From assembly GCA_965644295.1 (NCBI GenBank), contig CBFFRP010000380.1:1-64000 (forward strand): a DNA stretch of 64,000 bases. Direction: 5' to 3'. Below the pieces are notes generated by a model, which worked only from the letters and a program-made list of their open reading frames with translations, did not search any database and was not told the origin of the DNA. A program made the translations under genes and the position numbers. The stretch is from Paraphysomonas bandaiensis. Taxonomy: Eukaryota; Protista; Chrysophyceae. Shown here piece after piece: positions 1 through 13,106 of this stretch; position 1 is the first letter of the stretch; each line of letters starts with the position of its first letter.

Positions 1-3000
1 GTCGAGGACAAAGACGTATTCTTATGCTGATATTGAAAATTGATCTTGCATACTATGGATGAGGTTACTTGAGATAACTCCCCAACAGCTATGTAAGATA
101 CAACCTCCTCGGTCAAATGAATATTTTCTTCTGTTGTGCACTGATCCTCTTGTAGTGATATTTGAAAAAATGTAGATGTCATATTCCAAGCACGAACACT
201 CGTTGAAGCTGCCATGCTTATCGCGGATGATACCATTCCAAACACAGACACAGGATACTCATATGAGCCGTCAAAAAGTATAGTTGTGGATGCACTTGTC
301 GCAGAGTCAAATTGCCCCATTTCAAATGAAATGCGTTCACTGCAATTCAGAACTCCACTTCCGTCGAATGCCATGTAGGCAAGTGTCTCAGCAAGCGACA
401 TGTTGTAATAGGACAAATCATCAGAGTCGTGGGGAACTAACACAAATCTAGAAAACCCAAGACCATGGACTAATGCCCGCACAGTCAAAAAGCGATCATA
501 CACAAGACTCTGAATTTGATTAATTGCACCAACTAATGTGCCATCCTCGAAGCGACATGACTTCGTTAATGTCTCACAACCCACAGGATAGTTAAACCGG
601 ATAAAATTATACAGCTCATTGCTATTGTCTACTCGCGTGATATCACCACTTCCAACCATGAAATAATATCCGGAAATATTGAAAGCACCTTTCTCCACAA
701 CCATCCAAGACACTTCGAGAGTATCGCTAAGAGACCTTGGTATAAACCATTCTTTCGAACAATAACTATCATTGGCATGATATAACTTCACGTCGAAAGA
801 AACACGACCCATAGATGTAGCACTTCTCACTCTTGACACCAAGGGAGATTGATTACTTTCTTCGGATGGAATGCTTACAAATACAACTGCATCCTGGAAT
901 GAAGCGAACTCAGTAGAAACACTTTCCCAATACTGGTCAGAAACATTCACTCGACCCACTTCCATCCATATCTCAGTCACGAATGATTTGGATACCATAT
1001 CAATCACATCACCTACAAAACACATCACTGTTACAATTAAAGTACAGATATGATATCATCACGTACCAATTGTGCCCGTAGGGCTCATCGACATCGATGG
1101 TGCAACAGTAGGAACCCCAGTAGGCAAAATGCTAGTAGGAAAATATGTAGGCTTTGTAGTTGGAAGTGAGCTTGGCACCAATGTTGGTGTTGGTGATGAC
1201 ACCTCACTTGGAGGCACAGACGACAAGAAGTCAGTCGGTTGTAAACTCGGCGGTGATGTCGAGGACAAAGACGTATTCTTATGCTGATATTGAAAATTGA
1301 TCTTGCATACTATGGATGAGGTTACTTGAGATAACTCCCCAACAGCTATGTAAGATACAACCTCCTCGGTCAAATGAATATTTTCTTCTGTTGTGCACTG
1401 ATCCTCTTGTAGTGATATTTGAAAAAATGTAGATGTCATATTCCAAGCACGAACACTCGTTGAAGCTGCCATGCTTATCGCGGATGATACCATTCCAAAC
1501 ACAGACACAGGATACTCATATGAGCCGTCAAAAAGTATAGTTGTGGATGCACTTGTCGCAGAGTCAAATTGCCCCATTTCAAATGAAATGCGTTCACTGC
1601 AATCCAGAACTCCACTTCCGTCGAATGCCATGTAGGCAAGTGTCTCAGCAAGCGACATGTTGTAATAGGACAAATCATCAGAGTCGTGGGGAACTAACAC
1701 AAATCTAGAAAACCCAAGACCATGGACTAATGCCCGCACAGTCAAAAAGCGATCATACACAAGACTCTGAATTTGATTAATTGCACCAACTAATGTGCCA
1801 TCCTCGAAGCGACATGACTTCGTTAATGTCTCACAACCCACAGGATAGTTAAACCGGATAAAATTATACAGCTCATTGCTATTGTCTACTCGCGTGATAT
1901 CACCACTTCCAACCATGAAATAATATCCGGAAATATTGAAAGCACCTTTCTCCGCAACCATCCAAGACACTTCGAGAGTATCGCTAAGAGACCTTGGTAT
2001 AAACCATTCTTTCGAACAATAACTATCATTGGCATGATATAACTTCACGTCGAAAGAAACACGACCCATAGATGTAGCACTTCTCACTCTTGACACCAAG
2101 GGAGATTGATTACTTTCTTCGGATGGAATGCTTACAAATACAACTGCATCCTGGAATGAAGCGAACTCAGTAGAAACACTTTCCCAATACTGGTCAGAAA
2201 CATTCACTCGACCCACTTCCATCCATATCTCAGTCACGAATGATTTGGATACCATATCAATCACATCACCTACAAAACACATCACTGTTACAATTAAAGT
2301 ACAGATATGATATCATCACGTACCAATTGTGCCCGTAGGGCTCATCGACATCGATGGTGCAACAGTAGGAACCCCAGTAGGCAAAATGCTAGTAGGAAAA
2401 TATGTAGGCTTTGTAGTTGGAAGTGAGCTTGGCACCAATGTTGGTGTTGGTGATGACACCTCACTTGGAGGCACAGACGACAAGAAGTCAGTCGGTTGTA
2501 AACTCGGCGGTGATGTCGAGGACAAAGACGTATTCTTATGCTGATATTGAAAATTGATCTTGCATACTATGGATGAGGTTACTTGAGATAACTCCCCAAC
2601 AGCTATGTAAGATACAACCTCCTCGGTCAAATGAATATTTTCTTCTGTTGTGCACTGATCCTCTTGTAGTGATATTTGAAAAAATGTAGATGTCATATTC
2701 CAAGCACGAACACTCGTTGAAGCTGCCATGCTTATCGCGGACGATACCATTCCAAACACAGACACAGGATACTCATATGAGCCGTCAAAAAGTATAGTTG
2801 TGGATGCACTTGTCGCAGAGTCAAATTGCCCCATTTCAAATGAAATGCGTTCACTGCAATCCAGAACTCCACTTCCGTCGAATGCCATGTAGGCAAGTGT
2901 CTCAGCAAGCGACATGTTGTAATAGGACAAATCATCAGAGTCGTGGGGAACTAACACAAATCTAGAAAACCCAAGACCATGGACTAATGCCCGCACAGTC

Positions 3001-6000
3001 AAAAAGCGATCATACACAAGACTCTGAATTTGATTAATTGCACCAACTAATGTGCCATCCTCGAAGCGACATGACTTCGTTAATGTCTCACAACCCACAG
3101 GATAGTTAAACCGGATAAAATTATACAGCTCATTGCTATTGTCTACTCGCGTGATATCACCACTTCCAACCATGAAATAATATCCGGAAATATTGAAAGC
3201 ACCTTTCTCCACAACCATCCAAGACACTTCGAGAGTATCGCTAAGAGACCTTGGTATAAACCATTCTTTCGAACAATAACTATCATTGGCATGATATAAC
3301 TTCACGTCGAAAGAAACACGACCCATAGATGTAGCACTTCTCACTCTTGACACCAAGGGAGATTGATTACTTTCTTCGGATGGAATGCTTACAAATACAA
3401 CTGCATCCTGGAATGAAGCGAACTCAGTAGAAACACTTTCCCAATACTGGTCAGAAACATTCACTCGACCCACTTCCATCCATATCTCAGTCACGAATGA
3501 TTTGGATACCATATCAATCACATCACCTACAAAACACATCACTGTTACAATTAAAGTACAGATATGATATCATCACGTACCAATTGTGCCCGTAGGGCTC
3601 ATCGACATCGATGGTGCAACAGTAGGAACCCCAGTAGGCAAAATGCTAGTAGGAAAATATGTAGGCTTTGTAGTTGGAAGTGAGCTTGGCACCAATGTTG
3701 GTGTTGGTGATGACACCTCACTTGGAGGCACAGACGACAAGAAGTCAGTCGGTTGTAAACTCGGCGGTGATGTCGAGGACAAAGACGTATTCTTATGCTG
3801 ATATTGAAAATTGATCTTGCATACTATGGATGAGGTTACTTGAGATAACTCCCCAACAGCTATGTAAGATACAACCTCCTCGGTCAAATGAATATTTTCT
3901 TCTGTTGTGCACTGATCCTCTTGTAGTGATATTTGAAAAAATGTAGATGTCATATTCCAAGCACGAACACTCGTTGAAGCTGCCATGCTTATCGCGGATG
4001 ATACCATTCCAAACACAGACACAGGATACTCATATGAGCCGTCAAAAAGTATAGTTGTGGATGCACTTGTCGCAGAGTCAAATTGCCCCATTTCAAATGA
4101 AATGCGTTCACTGCAATCCAGAACTCCACTTCCGTCGAATGCCATGTAGGCAAGTGTCTCAGCAAGCGACATGTTGTAATAGGACAAATCATCAGAGTCG
4201 TGGGGAACTAACACAAATCTAGAAAACCCAAGACCATGGACTAATGCCCGCACAGTCAAAAAGCGATCATACACAAGACTCTGAATTTGATTAATTGCAC
4301 CAACTAATGTGCCATCCTCGAAGCGACATGACTTCGTTAATGTCTCACAACCCACAGGATAGTTAAACCGGATAAAATTATACAGCTCATTGCTATTGTC
4401 TACTCGCGTGATATCACCACTTCCAACCATGAAATAATATCCGGAAATATTGAAAGCACCTTTCTCCACAACCATCCAAGACACTTCGAGAGTATCGCTA
4501 AGAGACCTTGGTATAAACCATTCTTTCGAACAATAACTATCATTGGCATGATATAACTTCACGTCGAAAGAAACACGACCCATAGATGTAGCACTTCTCA
4601 CTCTTGACACCAAGGGAGATTGATTACTTTCTTCGGATGGAATGCTTACAAATACAACTGCATCCTGGAATGAAGCGAACTCAGTAGAAACACTTTCCCA
4701 ATACTGGTCAGAAACATTCACTCGACCCACTTCCATCCATATCTCAGTCACGAATGATTTGGATACCATATCAATCACATCACCTACAAAACACATCACT
4801 GTTACAATTAAAGTACATATATGATATCATCACGTACCAATTGTGCCCGTAGGGCTCATCGACATCGATGGTGCAGCAGTAGGAACCCCAGTAGGCAAAA
4901 TGCTAGTAGGAAAATATGTAGGCTTTGTAGTTGGAAGTGAGCTTGGCACCAATGTTGGTGTTGGTGATGACACCTCACTTGGAGGCACAGACGACAAGAA
5001 GTCAGTCGGTTGTAAACTCGGCGGTGATGTCGAGGACAAAGACGTATTCTTATGCTGATATTGAAAATTGATCTTGCATACTATGGATGAGGTTACTTGA
5101 GATAACTCCCCAACAGCTATGTAAGATACAACCTCCTCGGTCAAATGAATATTTTCTTCTGTTGTGCACTGATCCTCTTGTAGTGATATTTGAAAAAATG
5201 TAGATGTCATATTCCAAGCACGAACACTCGTTGAAGCTGCCATGCTTATCGCGGACGATACCATTCCAAACACAGACACAGGATACTCATATGAGCCGTC
5301 AAAAAGTATAGTTGTGGATGCACTTGTCGCAGAGTCAAATTGCCCCATTTCAAATGAAATGCGTTCACTGCAATCCAGAACTCCACTTCCGTCGAATGCC
5401 ATGTAGGCAAGTGTCTCAGCAAGCGACATGTTGTAATAGGACAAATCATCAGAGTCGTGGGGAACTAACACAAATCTAGAAAACCCAAGACCATGGACTA
5501 ATGCCCGCACAGTCAAAAAGCGATCATACACAAGACTCTGAATTTGATTAATTGCACCAACTAATGTGCCATCCTCGAAGCGACATGACTTCGTTAATGT
5601 CTCACAACCCACAGGATAGTTAAACCGGATAAAATTATACAGCTCATTGCTATTGTCTACTCGCGTGATATCACCACTTCCAACCATGAAATAATATCCG
5701 GAAATATTGAAAGCACCTTTCTCCACAACCATCCAAGACACTTCGAGAGTATCGCTAAGAGACCTTGGTATAAACCATTCTTTCGAACAATAACTATCAT
5801 TGGCATGATATAACTTCACGTCGAAAGAAACACGACCCATAGATGTAGCACTTCTCACTCTTGACACCAAGGGAGATTGATTACTTTCTTCGGATGGAAT
5901 GCTTACAAATACAACTGCATCCTGGAATGAAGCGAACTCAGTAGAAACACTTTCCCAATACTGGTCAGAAACATTCACTCGACCCACTTCCATCCATATC

Positions 6001-8164
6001 TCAGTCACGAATGATTTGGATACCATATCAATCACATCACCTACAAAACACATCACTGTTACAATTAAAGTACATATATGATATCATCACGTACCAATTG
6101 TGCCCGTAGGGCTCATCGACATCGATGGTGCAACAGTAGGAACCCCAGTAGGCAAAATGCTAGTAGGAAAATATGTAGGCTTTGTAGTTGGAAGTGAGCT
6201 TGGCACCAATGTTGGTGTTGGTGATGACACCTCACTTGGAGGCACAGACGACAAGAAGTCAGTCGGTTGTAAACTCGGCGGTGATGTCGAGGACAAAGAC
6301 GTATTCTTATGCTGATATTGAAAATTGATCTTGCATACTATGGATGAGGTTACTTGAGATAACTCCCCAACAGCTATGTAAGATACAACCTCCTCGGTCA
6401 AATGAATATTTTCTTCTGTTGTGCACTGATCCTCTTGTAGTGATATTTGAAAAAATGTAGATGTCATATTCCAAGCACGAACACTCGTTGAAGCTGCCAT
6501 GCTTATCGCGGATGATACCATTCCAAACACAGACACAGGATACTCATATGAGCCGTCAAAAAGTATAGTTGTGGATGCACTTGTCGCAGAGTCAAATTGC
6601 CCCATTTCAAATGAAATGCGTTCACTGCAATCCAGAACTCCACTTCCGTCGAATGCCATGTAGGCAAGTGTCTCAGCAAGCGACATGTTGTAATAGGACA
6701 AATCATCAGAGTCGTGGGGAACTAACACAAATCTAGAAAACCCAAGACCATGGACTAATGCCCGCACAGTCAAAAAGCGATCATACACAAGACTCTGAAT
6801 TTGATTAATTGCACCAACTAATGTGCCATCCTCGAAGCGACATGACTTCGTTAATGTCTCACAACCCACAGGATAGTTAAACCGGATAAAATTATACAGC
6901 TCATTGCTATTGTCTACTCGCGTGATATCACCACTTCCAACCATGAAATAATATCCGGAAATATTGAAAGCACCTTTCTCCACAACCATCCAAGACACTT
7001 CGAGAGTATCGCTAAGAGACCTTGGTATAAACCATTCTTTCGAACAATAACTATCATTGGCATGATATAACTTCACGTCGAAAGAAACACGACCCATAGA
7101 TGTAGCACTTCTCACTCTTGACACCAAGGGAGATTGATTACTTTCTTCGGATGGAATGCTTACAAATACAACTGCATCCTGGAATGAAGCGAACTCAGTA
7201 GAAACACTTTCCCAATACTGGTCAGAAACATTCACTCGACCCACTTCCATCCATATCTCAGTCACGAATGATTTGGATACCATATCAATTACATCACCTA
7301 CAAAACACATCACTGTTACAATTAAAGTACAGATATGATATCATCACGTACCAATTGTGCCCGTAGGGCTCATCGACATCGATGCGTTCACTGCAATCCA
7401 GAACTCCACTTCCGTCGAATGCCATGTAGGCAAGTGTCTCAGCAAGCGACATGTTGTAATAGGACAAATCATCAGAGTCGTGGGGAACTAACACAAATCT
7501 AGAAAACCCAAGACCATGGACTAATGCCCGCACAGTCAAAAAGCGATCATACACAAGACTCTGAATTTGATTAATTGCACCAACTAATGTGCCATCCTCG
7601 AAGCGACATGACTTCGTTAATGTCTCACAACCCACAGGATAGTTAAACCGGATAAAATTATACAGCTCATTGCTATTGTCTACTCGCGTGATATCACCAC
7701 TTCCAACCATGAAATAATATCCGGAAATATTGAAAGCACCTTTCTCCACAACCATCCAAGACACTTCGAGAGTATCGCTAAGAGACCTTGGTATAAACCA
7801 TTCTTTCGAACAATAACTATCATTGGCATGATATAACTTCACGTCGAAAGAAACACGACCCATAGATGTAGCACTTCTCACTCTTGACACCAAGGGAGAT
7901 TGATTACTTTCTTCGGATGGAATGCTTACAAATACAACTGCATCCTGGAATGAAGCGAACTCAGTAGAAACACTTTCCCAATACTGGTCAGAAACATTCA
8001 CTCGACCCACTTCCATCCATATCTCAGTCACGAATGATTTGGATACCATATCAATTACATCACCTACAAAACACATCACTGTTACAATTAAAGTACAGAT
8101 ATGATATCATCACGTACCAATTGTGCCCGTAGGGCTCATCGACATCGATGGTGCAGCAGTAGGA
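1..8164. repeat. Tandem array of 1257-bp units (about 5.8 full-length units in the window plus one 766-bp deleted unit), >99% identical
   Basis: ORFs recur every 1257 bp (1059, 2316, 3573, 4830, 6087). Only scattered SNPs were seen (347, 1954, 2742/5256, 4818/6075, 4876, 7290/8056). Confidence 0.98.
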
Positions 8165-9540
8165 GTCCTTGTTGGTACTTTAGTTGGTAGGACTGTTGGT
8201 TTCGCAGTAGGCTCCACAGATGGTGGTATCGTAGGTTCACTAGTTGGTGTCAACGTAGCTGTAGGGAAACTTGTAGGTAATCCAGTGGGGAGTGAAGTCT
8301 TTCTCGATGGTGTAGCTGTGGGAACTACGGTAGGATTGAAAGACGATGATGGAGTACTTGTTGGGCATTCACTGGGAAAATATGTCGGCTCTTGTGTTGG
8401 TATTGATGTAGGCGGCAGAGTTAGTGAATTGTATAGAGCTGCACACTTTGTACACGACTTGGAGTTGTGCTCGCCCACGACTAGTATGAAAACAACCTCA
8501 GACGTAGTGTGTAAAGTTTCTTCGTCCACACACTGATCTTCTTGGGTGATAATTCCGGAACCCACAACTGTGCGAGAAAATGTCCTAAGACCAGTGCTGT
8601 CGGTTAAACTAGTCGCACTGCCTATAGTTCCAAAAATACCAGGCAGGGATGTGAGTGTGAGATTAAATTTAATCCAGTGAGCTACATCATTTACAGCAGG
8701 GATAACTTGTGCCTCAAGCGCTAGTCCACCACTGCAAGCTGCAACGAAATGCGATTTGAATGAAAGGTACGCTAGTGTTTCACTGAGATTATTCATCGAA
8801 TAATAAGATGCATCCTGGGAATCGTGAGGTTGTAAAACCGCTCGAAAAAATCGCAAGTTAGCCACCTTGGTACGCGGAATAAGAAGTCGATTGTAGACCA
8901 CTGTTTGGAGTTGGAGTATAATACCGACAGTTGAATCAGGTGCGTAGGCACAGTTTTCAGAATTAGATTCACAGCCAGTTGGGAAATTAAATCGAACAAA
9001 ATTATTAGGATTTGAAATATCATCGTCTTCACGAGTTATCGGGCCATTCCCTACGACGAACATACTCCCAGATATATTGTACACACCATTTTCCGATACA
9101 ATCCAAGAAAGAAATACTGAAGGTGATATTGCCTGTGGAATATACCACTCCTTCGAACAAAAGCTGTCGTTTGCTTGATACAACCGAGTTTCGAAGGATA
9201 CAAGACCCGACGACACTACAACATTTCGAACACGAGCAATGACTGGGAAGCCATCAGTTGATACATTCCCACCAATACTTGGTAGACTAACAAAAACACT
9301 TGCGTTTGAAAAAATATCTGCAGAAGTTGAAACTTGTATCCACCTTTGATCATCAGCATTCGTGACGCCAGCTTCAATCCAGGGTGATGTCAACACTGTT
9401 TTCGCTCTCATATCTATTGGGTCGAGAGAAGTAAAATTATCACAATGTTCTGGAAATTCTTGAGCAGAAATAGAATGGACAAATTCAAATGGTCCAAAAT
9501 ATAATAAAAATATACTTTTTACAATAACATCTGGTGACAT
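1..9540 (-). CDS. Giant secreted/surface repeat protein: signal-peptide exon (9540-8118) plus tandem 1203-nt exons, each a ~340-aa triple beta-rich (H-type-lectin-like) module with a Pro/Thr/Ser stalk; runs off the window edge
   Basis: ATG at 9540 gives MSPDVIVKSIFLLYFGPFEFVHSISAQ (signal-like). Identical 54-nt introns GTACGT...TTTTGTAG lie at 8117-8064, 7351-7298, 6094-6041, 4837-4784, 3580-3527, 2323-2270 and 1066-1013. Splicing joins ...GTI-G-DVIDM in frame. The exon at 8063-7352 is frameshifted by a deletion. Confidence 0.75.
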
Positions 9541-10374
9541 GTTTCGCAAATATGCAAATATTGAACTCAAAGATCACTGGAGTTTAGCACTACGATACTG
9601 TCGTTTAGAACCCGGATATCTGATATCATATCTAACTCAATGTTGTTACACACACGAGACAGAGCTATATTTAAGGAGCTGAAAGGTGAGGATAGGAAAT
9701 AGAAAACACTATCCGACAATCAACATAATTTGTAGCAATACTGTAATGACGGGTGTTTAGATTCATCTAAAGAGGCTGAATTATACACACATGAGGAATA
9801 ATCTGACATGTAATGCCATGATTATATACTTGATGGTTGCGTTGTAATATACATGCCTGATAGATCGTATAATATACAGGGGGATTCAACATATCAGAAG
9901 AGCGGTTTTGAACCTTCAAGATCCCAAATCCCACCCAATAAAATCACACACATCTGCCTCCAGATGAGTGAGTAGTATCTGTATCTGTGTTGGTGATGAT
10001 GGAGATGAGATCTACAGATGTAGAGTACCGTATACAGTATATACTGCTGTATATAGCAGAAAGTTGGACAAAAAACTTCAATTATTGCAGATGTTTTTTT
10101 GCCGGTATCTGTATCATACAATTTAGCTGCAGTATGGAGTACGTACATTGTACAGTACTTGCCGTGCACACATATAGTCTGTTGTCAAGACATATACAAT
10201 ATACCGCCGTATACCCTATATACTGCCTCCTACTCCATTGCTGTTAGACTATACATGCATAGTTGTATTGCAACAATGAACGTCTCTGTTATATAATTGG
10301 CGAAAGAAAAAGAATCAATACTACTTATTCTCACCCCTATCGTTGCTCACTCGTTATATTATATTGATTTCAAC

Positions 10375-11698
10375 ATGGCTCGGAAACTGGATGAATCGGA
10401 AAAAAAACAAATGAATCTAGATACTCTTCAAAAAGAAGATCCCGATATTACTGATATACTGGGTAACGCCTCGCACACTGCGATATATCGCTTCAACAAT
10501 GGATCATGTCAGTGGGAAAGGGTGGGCGTTGAAGGAGCTGCTTTTGTTGTAGCAGCTTCAGTGCGTCCCCTATTTAGGCTAGTCGTCTTTAATAAATTAG
10601 GTGAAATATGGTAGAATATGAGGTTCGATTGTGCTGAGATAATTTTATAGATGTCAATAGCTACAATTTGGACTTGTCAGAAGTGAATAAAGTGAAACTT
10701 CAACCACCGTATTTAATGCTGCGGCTAAACAATGAGGTAAGGGATTGGCAATCTATATCTCCGTGTTAAGAAAGATATAGTCCGACGAACACCATTCAAT
10801 AATGGGCCTGTGGTTTCATGAGAACTCTGATAGGAATGCTGTCATGGAAGCTATTCAAAGGTTAGTAAAATATTTAAAGTATAATGGTACAATGGACACA
10901 TAACGTTTCATACACGATAGTATTTTATATCTTTGGTGCACCTTATGAACCTTTGACCTTTTCGTTGCAACACAGCTGCATGAATCGCGCTCGTGAATCA
11001 AGATCCGCACCGTCACAGAACCCTGTGGCTGCATCGAAGTCGAATCAGCTACTGCATGCTATTTCACCTAGAAAGGAGACTAAGTCAGCTCCTCCGGAGA
11101 AACGAGGTTGGGCTCACACATTTCGTACGCTATCTGACTGAACTCATTATTGCTTTCATTATGTATATGTAACAATATATGACTCATTGTGTCATTTTAG
11201 TTGACATCCCAAAAAGTGACCCCGCAGATGCCGATGATTTCTTGAGAGGCCTCTCGGAACGAACAACATCATTTCACACCTCAACTCACGTGAATGGCAA
11301 ACCCAAATCGAATGCAGGTGATAGACTTCTCGCGCCGATTGTAGTCCTGTTTAGACTAAAATTTTGATAACTATGCAGATACCAGTGAGAGTAGTATTCC
11401 ATCCTCCATCTCCTCTCACAATGTGGTGAAGGCATCAGATAAATCCAAGGCGATATTGTCTGCCCTGACTTCGAAGTCTGCTCAAGCGATTGGAAGTGCA
11501 TCAACCGGTGACGGCTTTCTGACGGACAAAGAAATAACAGCTGTTTCTGAGAAGAAATCAATCCTTGTGTTGTCGACTATTGAAAGCAAGCAAGTGGATG
11601 TCAAACCGACATCTAAAAACACAAGTCAGGTGTTACTTATTGCCCCATCTGACCTGACCGGAAGGAAGCGAGAAATTCCAAAGCTTTCAGCGTTGTAA
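10375..11698 (+). CDS. DCP1: mRNA-decapping enzyme subunit 1 (EVH1 domain), multi-exon
   Basis: MNLDTLQKEDPDITDILGNASHTAIYRF...WERVGVEGAAFVV...FRLVVFNKL, then PPYLMLR and IMGLWF in later short exons: typical Dcp1 N-terminus followed by a low-complexity tail. Confidence 0.88.
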
Positions 11699-13106
11699 TA
11701 TAATAGTGTTATAATGAAATTGTTGCCTTATGGTTGCGTGTAGTGTTCCGTGCAACGATTTGCCAATAGTACACATTGTATAGGCCACAACTCAAGTGTA
11801 AATCATACACGAAAGCCTTTTGAAATGGTTGCCAGCTCCTAGCTGGTACTCAATATAGAGTGAATAGTTTTAACGTAGATACTATATCTTAATATGACTT
11901 TTCATTGAGTCTGAAAGAAAAGCATAATTCAACCTCGTCATAAATTTATGAAACTTAGTTCACCAATGATTCAACTGCCTCGTCAAAACATACTCTACCT
12001 ATCAATCGATGAATACCAGCTAAACTTACGTATAATTCACTAGACTTCAGCTTGCAATCAAATGTAAATTGGGCGTTTTTTTTCCATACCACAACGTCAT
12101 TTATCCCATATATGTTAACGTTCCTATTATTTAAAGAGATTAGGAGTTCTATTAAAGTAATTCAGTACAGAGAAGAAGATACTGTTGAGAGAGAACATAG
12201 GGCCGACAGACTTAGCTGAACAACATACTCCCTGCCCATATTGATGTCCTCCACTATTGTGAAGACTAAATGGTCCACCTAAGAAACGATGCATTGGTTT
12301 GATAATTGGAATTCACTGCCATGATAGCTATTTGTGAGCACAACCTATAACTCGGTTGTTTTGATGAGATCAACCCCAGAATTCATAGTGACGAGACATT
12401 TCAAACATTTCCACTTGCGGTAAGGAATATCTCTCTGCTGAAACGTGGTTACCATCAGAATATTGATGCAATCAAGTAATTATTGTTGCAATTAGTAAAT
12501 CTATGGTTAGATTTAATCAAAACAGAATCTCGTATTTGAGTTTAGGTTGATTATAGCAAAGGGGCATGTAAGTATCTGACCCATTTCACAGAGTAAGAAC
12601 GTCTAGCAAATAAGTATATCTGTATTTGAGTAAAAATCAATCACTACAACTTTACTACGCTTCCTTATACTCTTTATACCGCCTGACCTTCACAGCATAT
12701 ACAAGTATCTATGCAAGATAACGATAGAGTAGTATTCACAGGGACAACTTTTTCTTTCATTATTCGAGGCATAACTGAAATGAAAAGTTAGATCATATAT
12801 GATACTTGCTGGTTGAATAGGCAGGTGTAAGACACAACAGTGAATGCACTGTGTACTATATACGCAAAGATTGACTTGACCAAGAGTTTGCCAATCATAT
12901 TATATTATATATTCCTAAAATCTTGGGTTTTCAGTTTTTTTCCCCAGGTTTTAGGAGATATCCTGATATCCTCCACATCACAATTTCCACAAACCACTCG
13001 AAAACCTCAAGAATGTTCCAACGTGTCCGAAGTTGCAGCCGTTAAGCTCCTCTCAGTGTCCATGAAAGCATAATTTCCACAACTCCCGGATATATAGAGT
13101 AATACC

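Noticed and set aside
1059-7313. 408-aa ORFs as independent tandem genes starting MMCFVG
   Set aside because: The start codons lie inside the 54-nt intron just before the AG acceptor; there is no signal peptide and only 30 bp between ORFs, leaving no room for promoters.
1-8164. CRISPR-like or diversity-generating array
   Set aside because: No unique spacers and no adenine-specific variable region; units are >99% identical; the nearby RT belongs to an ordinary copia element.
871-8536. Recurrent 60-, 67-, 71- and 137-aa ORFs in the tandem array
   Set aside because: Antisense or alternate-frame shadows of the repeated exon; they recur only because the DNA is repeated.
11900-12450. Protein-like minus-strand stretches with stops (e.g. 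NIYGINDVVVWKK...FDCKLK)
   Set aside because: Possibly a decayed gene, but no family could be recognised with confidence.
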